Shown here: piece after piece, positions 1 through 7,685 of the stretch
Position numbering within the stretch: the first letter of the stretch is position 1
How the letters are laid out: each line of letters starts with the position of its first letter
DNA from: a virus
Length of the DNA stretch: 29,319 nt
Virus record (IMG/VR): IMGVR_UViG_3300020436_000059
Coordinates: 1 to 29,319 of that record
Reading direction: 5' to 3' (one strand)
Notes under the pieces: model-generated
What the model saw: only the letters and a program-made list of their open reading frames with translations
The model's database searches: none
Told to the model about the DNA's origin: nothing
Program-made: the position numbers and the translations under genes

Positions 1-77
1 AACGCTGGTTTTATTTTATAGTTTCCAAAGCTTTTAGCATGCATCCATTTGCCATTATATAAATATTCTAAACCAGA
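1..77. repeat. Terminal direct repeat, copy 1 (identical to 29243..29319)
   Basis: The first 77 nt (aacgctggtt...taaaccaga) recur exactly as the last 77 nt of the window. This is typical of a circular contig closed by a k-mer overlap, or of a short terminal redundancy. The unique length is therefore 29242 bp. Confidence 0.95.
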
Positions 78-464
78 TGATTTAATATTTTGAATATATA
101 TCCAATTAGTAGCTTGATAAATAACTCCTGTATGTTCCTGTCCTTTATCTGCATAACTAACTAAAAGTTTTACTGTTGGATTATATTTTTTAAAAAGTTT
201 CATGCTCAATGCTAATGCCTTAGATGTTGATTCTTGTTTTCCATTTAATGCCATTCTAACTAATTCCATTGCTTGACCTTGCTTAAGTCCATACTTTGAA
301 GCAATATACGGATTAGCTCCTCTACCATAAACTATACATCCACACCATTCGTTTTTATCATTAAAAACAGAAAAACCCATTCCTGCTGCGGGTAAAGTTT
401 TAGCATAATGAAATTTTAAACAAGAATATTTAATCGCTTTTTTTGACGCTTTTTTTAAAATCAT
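1..464 (-). CDS. Mom-like (GNAT-fold) DNA-modification protein, N-terminal part of a gene that wraps the circular junction
   Basis: ATG at 464..462 overlaps the ParB-like stop (ATGA). Reading 464->1 gives MILKKASKKAIKYSCLKFHYAKTLPAAGMGFSVFNDKNEWCGCIVYGRGANPYIASKYG...LLVSYADKGQEHTGVIYQATNWIYIQNIK...NGKWMHAKSFGNYKIKPA with no stop. It joins in frame to 29242..29041, giving 221 aa in total. HYxxxxPAA, S(Y/F)ADxxxxHxGxIYQAxNW and K(F/H)(K/R)Y(L/V)Y resemble, from memory, the phage Mu Mom family. The ORF track misses it because it runs off the window edge. Confidence 0.6.
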   Translation of the reverse strand, partial: MILKKASKKAIKYSCLKFHYAKTLPAAGMGFSVFNDKNEWCGCIVYGRGANPYIASKYGLKQGQAMELVRMALNGKQESTSKALALSMKLFKKYNPTVKLLVSYADKGQEHTGVIYQATNWIYIQNIKSSGLEYLYNGKWMHAKSFGNYKIKPA

Positions 465-1003
465 ATTTCACCACCACTAACCGAATAACGGGATCCGGAA
501 TATTTTTTTATAATATGTTCAACATCTTGAATACATAAATCAAAATCATTTATATTTTGTAAAATAATTTTTATTTCAAGTGGCTTTTCTTTCAAAGATT
601 CTGTTAATTCCTCTAGCTCTGGTTGTTCTGATAAAGATAATTCTTCTTCAGAAAAACCCCAATTTTTAAGCTCATTTATTTCAAAATTATTAGCTAATTC
701 ATCCCAGTCCCATTGCCCTTGATTTTTATTTAACCTAATATTTAATTCTTTTTCTTCGTTAATGTCTAAATTAATTAAAGCACAGTGAACTTTTTCTAAA
801 CCTAAATCTTTTGCTATTCTAGCCCTTTGATGCCCACCTATTAAAACATTTTTTCTTTTTACATTTGAATTTACAATCAAGGGATCAACTAAACCAAATC
901 TTGATATAGAATCTCTTAAATCTTTATATTGTTCTTTTGTTAATTCCCTAGGGTTATATTCAGCGAATATTAAATCGTCTATATTTATTTCAACAACTTT
1001 CAT
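461..1003 (-). CDS. ParB-like nuclease-domain (ParB/Srx N-terminal domain) protein
   Basis: 180 aa. N-terminus MKVVEINIDDLIFAEYNPRELTKEQYKDLRDSISRFGLVDPLIVN...VLIGGHQRARIAKDLG matches the ParBc pattern (NPR..., GxVxPIxV, xGGHxR). There is no obvious C-terminal HTH. The stop overlaps the start of the Mom-like gene (ATGA). Confidence 0.75.
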   Translation of the reverse strand: MKVVEINIDDLIFAEYNPRELTKEQYKDLRDSISRFGLVDPLIVNSNVKRKNVLIGGHQRARIAKDLGLEKVHCALINLDINEEKELNIRLNKNQGQWDWDELANNFEINELKNWGFSEEELSLSEQPELEELTESLKEKPLEIKIILQNINDFDLCIQDVEHIIKKYSGSRYSVSGGEI

Positions 1004-1054
1004 CTTATTGGAATAACCAATTGCCTTTTTGTATTACTTTTGGGCACTAATTAA

Positions 1055-1288
1055 CTAAATCCTTTTAAACCATTCTATTTCTTTTTGTTCAGGTGTAGTA
1101 TGTTCATTTAAACTTATTATATTAAATGGTTTGTCATAAACGTCATTTTTTTGTTCTGATGTATAATTTTCTAAATTTTCTGGAAATTTGCAATATATAT
1201 TATAAATTTTTTTTGCGGTAGTCCTGGAAACAAAAAAAGTGTCTTGTATTTCATTTACAGATAATGAGTTTATTTTTTTTGGATCCAT
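1055..1288 (-). CDS. Hypothetical small protein, possible HTH regulator; first gene of the long minus-strand arm
   Basis: 77-aa ORF starting at the divergent intergenic region. The segment SVNEIQDTFFVSRTTAKKIYNIY looks like a helix-turn-helix. Confidence 0.55.
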   Translation of the reverse strand: MDPKKINSLSVNEIQDTFFVSRTTAKKIYNIYCKFPENLENYTSEQKNDVYDKPFNIISLNEHTTPEQKEIEWFKRI

Positions 1289-1446
1289 TTAATAATATAC
1301 TACCTTTTACTATAATATATTATGTTGTGTTTTTTTAACCTATTTTTACCTTAACTATTTATATTTATAGAGATAGACCTATTTTTATTGTTGTATTTTT
1401 AGGCTAAAAAGCTTTTATTTAACATATAAATTTATTAAATTTCAAT
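1289..1446. promoter_or_regulatory. Divergent AT-rich control region between the minus-strand and plus-strand arms
   Basis: 158-nt non-coding gap between divergently oriented genes. It contains TATAAT at 1311..1316 and an 11-nt direct repeat ACCTATTTTTA at 1338..1348 and 1377..1387. Promoter assignment is not certain. Confidence 0.4.
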
Positions 1447-1482
1447 ATGGCACATAAAACTAAAATAACAAAAGGAGTTCAA

Positions 1483-1746
1483 ATGAAACACTACGAAGAT
1501 GATAAATACTACAGACTACTGGATTCAGTAGGATGTTATATAGATGGAGACGGATTTACTTATCCATCAGATGAGCAAGGCAATCCTGATTTATCAAATC
1601 CATTCCATATAGCAGACATAGAAGAAGATGAATGGTTTAATACTTTATCTCAAGAAGACATAGACACGGTTTGTAAAATCAAAGAAGGATGTAAAGCCTT
1701 AGAATTTTACCTTAATCGTTACGTTAAAAGAATGGAGGTAAAGTAA
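1483..1746 (+). CDS. Hypothetical protein (alternative start 1447)
   Basis: ORF 1447..1746. The internal ATG at 1483 has AGGAG (1473..1477) 5 nt upstream and is therefore preferred. Confidence 0.6.
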   Translation: MKHYEDDKYYRLLDSVGCYIDGDGFTYPSDEQGNPDLSNPFHIADIEEDEWFNTLSQEDIDTVCKIKEGCKALEFYLNRYVKRMEVK

Positions 1747-2348
1747 TGGAAAATTACGGACACGTTTCAAATTCTTTCAATTTTAAAAGATTCGTTAAAA
1801 GGTCTTTCGAATACGAATATTTTAAAGGTGATAAAAAAGATTATCAAATATATAAATATATTAATATCGACGATAAAAAAGATATAGATAAAATAGATGA
1901 TAATTTTTATGTTCATTTATATGACATAAATGCTTCATATTTTCCTATATCTGGAATTTTTTGCTTAAATACTAAAGTATTTGATGGTGTTAACAAACCC
2001 ATAATGGATACTGCAAAAGTAGAAGCAGATATGGATGATAATTTTTATAAATCTTTAAGTAAAAATGATAGAGAAACATTAATAGGTACTGCAATCGAAG
2101 TATATCATTTAAATGTTTTTTTTAAAAAAACTACTTATTCCGAAAAAAACAGATTAAGACAAGAGTTAATATATCTTCTTAAAAGGTTAAAAGGGCAAGT
2201 AGAATACGATTGTTTTTATACAAGATTAGAACAATTATTAGAAAATAATGAAGGTCCTATTATATATAAAAAACAAAGGTTCACATTAAGGACTTTAGGT
2301 GGAGATTTTGGAGCAACAGGCTTTAAATTTTCACTTTTTAGTAAATAG
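1746..2348 (+). CDS. Hypothetical protein
   Basis: 200-aa ORF whose start overlaps the upstream stop (TAATG). No motif recognised. Confidence 0.7.
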   Translation: MENYGHVSNSFNFKRFVKRSFEYEYFKGDKKDYQIYKYINIDDKKDIDKIDDNFYVHLYDINASYFPISGIFCLNTKVFDGVNKPIMDTAKVEADMDDNFYKSLSKNDRETLIGTAIEVYHLNVFFKKTTYSEKNRLRQELIYLLKRLKGQVEYDCFYTRLEQLLENNEGPIIYKKQRFTLRTLGGDFGATGFKFSLFSK

Positions 2349-2356
2349 GATCCAAA

Positions 2357-2587
2357 ATGGATATAGATAAAATAATAGCAGAATTCCATAATGAAAATGA
2401 TGAAACATCAGCAGATGAATTATTAGGTGATTTATGGGAACATGAACAAAACAAAGATGAAAAAGAAATGGCACCATTAGGTAGGTGCCATTTTTGTAAT
2501 ATACCGTTAACAAAAAATCATTTTCAATTTTTCTGTTCAGTAAAATGTTTAGAAAAAAGAGATAATGATGCTAACAAGGGAGTTTAA
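2357..2587 (+). CDS. Small zinc-finger protein (FCS/TRASH-like Cys motif)
   Basis: 76 aa. The C-terminal CHFCNIPLTKNHFQFFCSVKCLEK has the Cx2C...FCSxxC arrangement of FCS-type zinc fingers. Confidence 0.6.
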   Translation: MDIDKIIAEFHNENDETSADELLGDLWEHEQNKDEKEMAPLGRCHFCNIPLTKNHFQFFCSVKCLEKRDNDANKGV

Positions 2588-2893
2588 ATGAATAATAAAG
2601 TACACATGGTCGGATCCATTGGTTATGAAATACAGAGTGAAATAACACCTGTTAAAATAAAGTATAAATATCTCGTAGATGGATATATTGAAATTGAAGC
2701 TGATTATATTTCAGATTCTGTTTCTATATATGATTATAATAATTTTTCTGATAAAGATAAACTTAAGTTTCGCCAAAATATGAAACTTAAAATAATCGAA
2801 GAAGTTAATTCATATCATTCTATATACGAAATGAAAATAGCTCATACACAAGAAGATGTTTTTAATAATAAAGGAGATATTGAAATAAAATGA
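2588..2893 (+). CDS. Hypothetical protein
   Basis: 101-aa ORF that starts immediately after the upstream stop. Confidence 0.65.
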   Translation: MNNKVHMVGSIGYEIQSEITPVKIKYKYLVDGYIEIEADYISDSVSIYDYNNFSDKDKLKFRQNMKLKIIEEVNSYHSIYEMKIAHTQEDVFNNKGDIEIK

Positions 2894-3120
2894 AAAATAA
2901 AGTAACTAAAAAGGATTGCATGGAAGCGATTGAATACCTATTTGAAATGGGTTATGTCGAAGAAATGACAAGCGATAAAAAATATTATACTAAAATTCTA
3001 CTTAAAAAAGTAGCAAATGATTATAATATTGAATTAATAGACGAAGATAACGAAAACTGGCTAGAACATCAAGGCCTTATAAAAAATGAGGATGGAGTGT
3101 ATATAGAAAATGAAAAATAA
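2890..3120 (+). CDS. Hypothetical protein
   Basis: 76-aa ORF with an ATGA overlap with the upstream gene. Confidence 0.6.
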   Translation: MKNKVTKKDCMEAIEYLFEMGYVEEMTSDKKYYTKILLKKVANDYNIELIDEDNENWLEHQGLIKNEDGVYIENEK

Positions 3121-3325
3121 AGAAACACAAAAAAACAAAGTAAAATATCATTTAATAAATAAAGGACAAATAACTTCATGGGAAGCTATTCAACTTTACG
3201 GATGTACGAGATTATCAGATGTTATTTTAAGACTTAGGCGAGATGGAATGAATATTTTAACAAAGTATAATGGAAAAGATTCATTCGGAACTTATATATA
3301 TAGAAAGGGAGTGTACAATGGCTAG
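3110..3325 (+). CDS. Winged-helix/HTH DNA-binding protein
   Basis: 71 aa. KVKYHLINKGQITSWEAIQLYGCTRLSDVILRLRRDGMNILTK fits the small phage wHTH pattern (GxITxxEAxxxxGxxRLxxxIxxLRxxGxxI). Confidence 0.6.
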   Translation: MKNKETQKNKVKYHLINKGQITSWEAIQLYGCTRLSDVILRLRRDGMNILTKYNGKDSFGTYIYRKGVYNG

Positions 3326-3623
3326 GTTTCAAGGAAAATGTAAAGGTGAAAAAGGTGAAGCAAGTAGGCTTGGACATAAAAGAATGTCCGTAGAAGCAAA
3401 TACTTGGAAACGAGGAATTTCAGTAAATATAACTAAAATCAATGATGATATGAATCATTTCGTAGTTTATTTAACTAATGGATCCGATGGGCAATATGAA
3501 CAAAGTTCAATAATTGCAGAATTTAATGCTTTTGACATTGATGGTTCAATTCAAGAATATAATCAAACTGAAAATATTAATTTAGCAATTCAAGAGAAAT
3601 GGAGAAAAAATGAACAAAAATGA
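3318..3623 (+). CDS. Hypothetical protein (ORF track start 3270)
   Basis: ATG at 3318 is preceded by AGGGAG. The longer 3270 start would overlap the upstream gene by 56 nt. Confidence 0.6.
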   Translation: MARFQGKCKGEKGEASRLGHKRMSVEANTWKRGISVNITKINDDMNHFVVYLTNGSDGQYEQSSIIAEFNAFDIDGSIQEYNQTENINLAIQEKWRKNEQK

Positions 3624-3975
3624 AAAAATACAAGCAGAGATTGATTTATTATTTCATCGTTTTGAAAAGGTGAATAAAGAGATTAATACTATATATGGGT
3701 CAATTAAAAATCTTACTACTAGATTTAAAGAACTTATAAAAGTTAACACTTCTCAAAATATGAATATAGAATCTATTTTTAATCAATTAACTGAAGCTAA
3801 TAAAAAAATAGAAGAAGTTAGCAAGGACTTTTATTTATATAAAAATCGTAAACCTTTAGGAAAACCTCCAGAAGATTATGAAGAATATAAAAGACAGCTA
3901 GAATTAAGAAAAGTTCACGATGAAATTTCTTATTTAGCAAATGCTTCAAAACAAAATAAACGGAAGGAATTATAA
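3610..3975 (+). CDS. Hypothetical coiled-coil protein
   Basis: 121-aa ORF, charged, with heptad-like sequence. Confidence 0.65.
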   Translation: MNKNEKIQAEIDLLFHRFEKVNKEINTIYGSIKNLTTRFKELIKVNTSQNMNIESIFNQLTEANKKIEEVSKDFYLYKNRKPLGKPPEDYEEYKRQLELRKVHDEISYLANASKQNKRKEL

Positions 3976-3976
3976 A

Positions 3977-4168
3977 ATGGAATGGTATCAAACTATTAAT
4001 GGAATAGATTTTGCTATTATATGCATTTATGTATTTCATTATTTAAGGTTAGACAAAAAAATAACTCACTTAGAATCTCAAGCAGATTCTTGGAGACAGA
4101 TAGCTATGGATTTAAAAACCGATATTAATAAATATCCAATAACACAAGGAGAAAACAATGACAAATAA
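3977..4168 (+). CDS. Small membrane protein (ORF track start 3941)
   Basis: ATG at 3977 lies 1 nt after the upstream stop, with GGAAGGA upstream. One hydrophobic helix (GIDFAIICIYVFHYL). Confidence 0.55.
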   Translation: MEWYQTINGIDFAIICIYVFHYLRLDKKITHLESQADSWRQIAMDLKTDINKYPITQGENNDK

Positions 4169-4676
4169 ACCAAGACTACAATTTAACGTAGATGAACCAC
4201 AAGATATCTTTGTAATAGAGAAAAAACCGGGGACTTTTGATGGACAATATGGTAAAAGCTATATTTTAAAAGTTCAGCATGATAATCAAGAGAAAGTTGT
4301 ATTTGGAGAACGTTTATGCTTAGAAATAGCATCTTACGAAATTGGATCCAAATTAAGGGTTTGTAAAGAACAAAAAAACAATGGGGCTACTGCTTTTAAG
4401 GTTGAAAACTTAGGTGGTGAAACATTAAGTGGAAATACAAAAAAAGAAGAATTTAATTCTTTAAAAGATTCATTTAATAATATGAAATCAGATTTCAAAC
4501 CTAAAAAAGAAGTTGATTGGGATGAAATAGGTAGGATTAAATGTAGATGTACTTTCGCTAATATTGCTTATGAGCAAGGTTTAGAACCTACCGAAGAAGT
4601 AATAAATAATATTAATGACTGGGTCGAATATGTTCAAACTGGAAAAAACCCAGATGAAATTGAATTACCAGAATAA
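4158..4676 (+). CDS. Hypothetical protein (possibly OB-fold/DNA-binding; not supported by a clear motif)
   Basis: 172-aa ORF overlapping both neighbours. Confidence 0.65.
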   Translation: MTNKPRLQFNVDEPQDIFVIEKKPGTFDGQYGKSYILKVQHDNQEKVVFGERLCLEIASYEIGSKLRVCKEQKNNGATAFKVENLGGETLSGNTKKEEFNSLKDSFNNMKSDFKPKKEVDWDEIGRIKCRCTFANIAYEQGLEPTEEVINNINDWVEYVQTGKNPDEIELPE

Positions 4677-5407
4677 TGGCGAAGAAATTTATTAGTTCAG
4701 ATATTTTCCAAAAACTATGGTTTCGCAGATTAGAACCAGAGATTAAGTTATTTTTTTTATATTTAATATCTACTTGCGATTTAGCAGGGTTTTTAGAATA
4801 TGACCCAGACAGAATAGAATTTGATTTAGGAATTAATTTTGACGTTAAAACTTTTTCAGATAAAATTAATGCTACTAAAAAAAATAGAATTGTCTGGGTA
4901 GATAATAAAACTAAAATATGGATTCCAGATTATGTGAAATTCCAATATAATGAATTATCTGAAAATTCAAAACCTCATTTAGCAGTTATTAAAAGACTAA
5001 AATCTTTAAATTGCTATACCCTATACAAAGGGTATGCAAACACTACTCGTAGTATTAAATATAAAGATAAAGATAAGTCTAAAGATACAGACATAGACAA
5101 ATACATTGCTAAGCCAAAAAATCATAAAATGGTTTTAGATGTTTTTAAAGAACTAAACATTTCGGATCCAGATGAAAATTCAAGAAAATTCTTTGACCAT
5201 TATGAAGCCAATGGTTGGTATAGGGGCAAAACTAAAATAAAAAATTGGAAAAGATGTATTTCTACTTGGAATTTTGAAAAAAATACAGCTACATCTAAAT
5301 ATAAATATACTTGTTTAGACCATCCAGAAATAGAAGTTTTTGCTGAAACAAGAGAATTAAAAACTAGTTGCCCTATATGTAATAATTACTTAAAATTAGT
5401 AAAATAG
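4676..5407 (+). CDS. Hypothetical protein, possible replication-organiser-like protein
   Basis: 243 aa with a TAATG overlap. The C-terminal FFDHYEANGWYRGKTKIKNWKRCISTW resembles the Y..nGW....i.dW motif seen in phage replication/DnaD-like proteins. There is a terminal Cx2C pair. The functional call is weak. Confidence 0.6.
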   Translation: MAKKFISSDIFQKLWFRRLEPEIKLFFLYLISTCDLAGFLEYDPDRIEFDLGINFDVKTFSDKINATKKNRIVWVDNKTKIWIPDYVKFQYNELSENSKPHLAVIKRLKSLNCYTLYKGYANTTRSIKYKDKDKSKDTDIDKYIAKPKNHKMVLDVFKELNISDPDENSRKFFDHYEANGWYRGKTKIKNWKRCISTWNFEKNTATSKYKYTCLDHPEIEVFAETRELKTSCPICNNYLKLVK

Positions 5408-5416
5408 GAGGAAAAA

Positions 5417-5686
5417 ATGGAAATTACTAGAAAAGAGCAAAGGCTGTTGACTTTTATTATTAATACGATTATATCATTAGCTAAACAATTCAGGCAAGAC
5501 GCTTTCGTACAAGAATGTCAACAATTGCTAGATAAAATAATAGAAGAAAATAAAAAAACAGCAAAAGAAAATAGGACTGGATTAGAAAAAGAACTTAGAC
5601 AAAGGGATTGGCCAAGGGTCGATTCAACACCTTTAGTTCCAGATTATAATAAAGTTGGTGAAGCATTTGACACAACAGACGACTGA
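5417..5686 (+). CDS. Hypothetical protein
   Basis: 89-aa ORF with AGGAGG 6-7 nt upstream of the ATG. Confidence 0.7.
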   Translation: MEITRKEQRLLTFIINTIISLAKQFRQDAFVQECQQLLDKIIEENKKTAKENRTGLEKELRQRDWPRVDSTPLVPDYNKVGEAFDTTDD

Positions 5687-5915
5687 ATCGACATTAAATT
5701 CTGTGGTAGCAGATTCAGATACTGACCCTATAAATCCTAATTATTATACAAGAGGAATAGAAACAACTAAATATATTTTAAGCCACAATTTAGGTTTTTG
5801 CGAAGGAAACATTATAAAATATATTACAAGGTTTAAAGATAAAAATGGAATTGAAGATTTGTTTAAAGCAAAAAAATACTTAGATTTGTTAATTGAGAAT
5901 TATAAAAAACTTTAA
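5655..5915 (+). CDS. DUF3310-like small phage protein (non-ATG start; start uncertain)
   Basis: NPNYYTRGIETTKYILSHNLGFCEGNIIKYITRFKDKNGIEDLFKAKKYLDLLIE matches the DUF3310 pattern (P.HY...ie....lgf..gNaiKYl.R...K....eDL.KA..Y). The codon at 5655 is TTG; GTG at 5658 and 5703 are alternatives. Confidence 0.6.
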   Translation: MVKHLTQQTTESTLNSVVADSDTDPINPNYYTRGIETTKYILSHNLGFCEGNIIKYITRFKDKNGIEDLFKAKKYLDLLIENYKKL

Positions 5916-5977
5916 AGGAAGCCTAAGTTTGGTTTTATGTGCCAACGTAAACCTACCCTTGGACTCTGGCTTCCTTT
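5914..5977 (+). other. GC-richer intergenic element with a 10-bp inverted repeat (possible structured RNA, terminator or ori-like element)
   Basis: AAAGGAAGCC (5914..5923) pairs with GGCTTCCTTT (5968..5977). The internal TTGG/CCAA/TTGG segments allow alternative pairings. The downstream gene at 5990 has no Shine-Dalgarno sequence. Confidence 0.35.
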
Positions 5978-5989
5978 CACCTTTCTGGT

Positions 5990-6388
5990 ATGAAAAGAAA
6001 TAAATACGATAAAATATTTAGTGATATAATACGGACACGAGATAAATGGTGTTGTAAAAGATGTGGAAAAAATTATTATTTTAATAAAGGAGCATTACAA
6101 AATTCTCATTATTTTGGTAGGACACGTTATTCAGTAAGATTTGACGAAGATAATTGTGATGCTTTATGTTATGGTTGTCATAGATTTTGGGAAAAAGAAA
6201 ACAGAGAAGAATATAGAAATTATATGATAAAAAAAATTGGATCCAAAAAATTTGAATTGCTTACATATAAAGCACAATCATTAAGCAAAAAACGTGAATA
6301 TGAAAATGATATTTTTTATAAAGAAATGAAAAAAAGATTAAAAGAATTAGAAATAGAATTTGATTGTAGTGTAATTGATAATTTATAA
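5990..6388 (+). CDS. NinG-like recombination protein (Cys/His cluster)
   Basis: 132 aa. CCKRCGKNYYFNKGALQNSHYFGRTRYSVRFDEDNCDALCYGCHRFWE fits the lambda NinG family pattern (C..CG....lq.aH...r....lRfde.N...LC..CH). Confidence 0.6.
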   Translation: MKRNKYDKIFSDIIRTRDKWCCKRCGKNYYFNKGALQNSHYFGRTRYSVRFDEDNCDALCYGCHRFWEKENREEYRNYMIKKIGSKKFELLTYKAQSLSKKREYENDIFYKEMKKRLKELEIEFDCSVIDNL

Positions 6389-6392
6389 TTAA

Positions 6393-6554
6393 ATGACTAA
6401 AAAGAAAAAAATGCCTACTACAAAAGAAACAGAAACTTTGTTATTATATGCTGAGGGTAAAAAACAAAGAGAAATGGCTAAAATATTAAAAGTTTCAAGA
6501 AGTACTATTGCTGGCAGAATAGCAAACCTCAAAAAAAAAGGCTATTCACTATAA
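6393..6554 (+). CDS. Small LuxR/sigma-70 region-4 type HTH protein (below the ORF-track size cutoff)
   Basis: Hand translation gives MTKKKKMPTTKETETLLLYAEGKKQREMAKILKVSRSTIAGRIANLKKKGYSL* (53 aa). E..L.L.A.G....E.A..L.vS..Ti...i.n...K is the GerE/LuxR HTH pattern. It starts 4 nt after the NinG-like stop. Confidence 0.55.
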   Translation: MTKKKKMPTTKETETLLLYAEGKKQREMAKILKVSRSTIAGRIANLKKKGYSL

Positions 6555-6626
6555 ATCGGAAGCCCTACTTCGCATTGTCAGCAATAGTTAAATTAAAGCA
6601 AGTATTTATTTAATTAACCTTTCTTA

Positions 6627-6648
6627 GACAAACGCTTTGTTTTTTTTA
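6627..6648 (+). terminator. Weak candidate intrinsic terminator at the convergent junction
   Basis: ACAAA-cgc-TTTGT hairpin followed by TTTTTTT. The stem is only 5 bp. A larger 10-bp inverted repeat flanks the region: AAAGCAAGTA (6595..6604) and TACTTGCTTT (6673..6682). Confidence 0.3.
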
Positions 6649-6680
6649 TGTTAATGCCCCGCGAGAGATATTTACTTGCT

Positions 6681-7685
6681 TTAGAATTCTTCGGAAATAC
6701 CTAAAGAAGTAGAAAATACATTACTTGCGACTTGACTTAAAGATAAAGTGTCTTGGTCAAATCTAGCAAACAAGTAATCTCCGTTTGTGGTTGAACTTCC
6801 ATCTGGGGTGAATATAAAAGGAATATGAGAACCACCTGTGCGATTCCAAACATCATTTAAAAAAGTTGAATCTGTGCTTTGTGTGCTAATATCTGAATTA
6901 ACTAAGTTTTCATCAGAAATAAAACTAAAGTTCATTTGAAAAGATGAACGACCTCCGAAACGTAAACTACCTGATGTGCCTTTAGTTCTAAATGGTTGTC
7001 CTGTTTGAGTTGATGAAGATAAATTACCTTCTAAAAACCTCGCTTGGCTAAATCTTTTACCTGCTGGAGTTTCCATGATATCATTACCAAAAGAAATATT
7101 CCTTGTTACATTTAAATCTGGTGATATAGGCATGTCAAACTTTTTTCCAATCATAATGGATCCGATTTTAACATCATTAGAACTACTAAATGCAGAACTT
7201 ACACCTTGTATTTGTATAGCAACATATCTGTTTGTTACAGAACTTAATTCTATAATCGAATCACCATCTGATGTAGGTGTAAAAATATCAGAACTTTCAG
7301 TAGCATTTAGTATAGGTGCTGCACTATGATTCGCAGGGTCAGCAGATGTAATATCTGAAGAACTGCTATGAATAAAAAATTGAGCGTTAGCACTATTTAA
7401 GTTGTGGTTTAGTATAGCAACAAAATCAGTAGCTATATTTGTAGCTTGTTTATCGATAACAAATAATAAATGGTCTGCCCTTGTACCAGAAGAATCCGAA
7501 GTGCTAAAAACAACTTGTCTGCTTGGATTCATATCAAACAGCTCTGCATCTACAAAACTTGCATCGTGGTCAATTAAATTGGATCCAGTTGCCATAGCAA
7601 ACTGGTCTGGTGATACACCTCTTGAAATTAACCAATTTATATGGTCAACGTAAAATCTTGGTGTTTGTATTCTTGAATAAGTCAT
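6681..7685 (-). CDS. Distal tail/receptor-binding-like structural protein (last gene of the tail operon)
   Basis: 334-aa ORF, Ser/Thr/Asn-rich, with a TAATG overlap with the upstream 740-aa tail gene. The call rests on position only. Confidence 0.7.
   Translation of the reverse strand: MTYSRIQTPRFYVDHINWLISRGVSPDQFAMATGSNLIDHDASFVDAELFDMNPSRQVVFSTSDSSGTRADHLLFVIDKQATNIATDFVAILNHNLNSANAQFFIHSSSSDITSADPANHSAAPILNATESSDIFTPTSDGDSIIELSSVTNRYVAIQIQGVSSAFSSSNDVKIGSIMIGKKFDMPISPDLNVTRNISFGNDIMETPAGKRFSQARFLEGNLSSSTQTGQPFRTKGTSGSLRFGGRSSFQMNFSFISDENLVNSDISTQSTDSTFLNDVWNRTGGSHIPFIFTPDGSSTTNGDYLFARFDQDTLSLSQVASNVFSTSLGISEEF

Noticed and set aside
1004-1054. Small palindrome ATTGG-aataa-CCAAT between the HTH-like gene and the ParB-like gene, as a possible parS-like site.
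   Set aside because: It has only a 5-bp stem, occurs once, and is AT-rich, which is well within chance expectation. There is nothing to link it to ParB binding.
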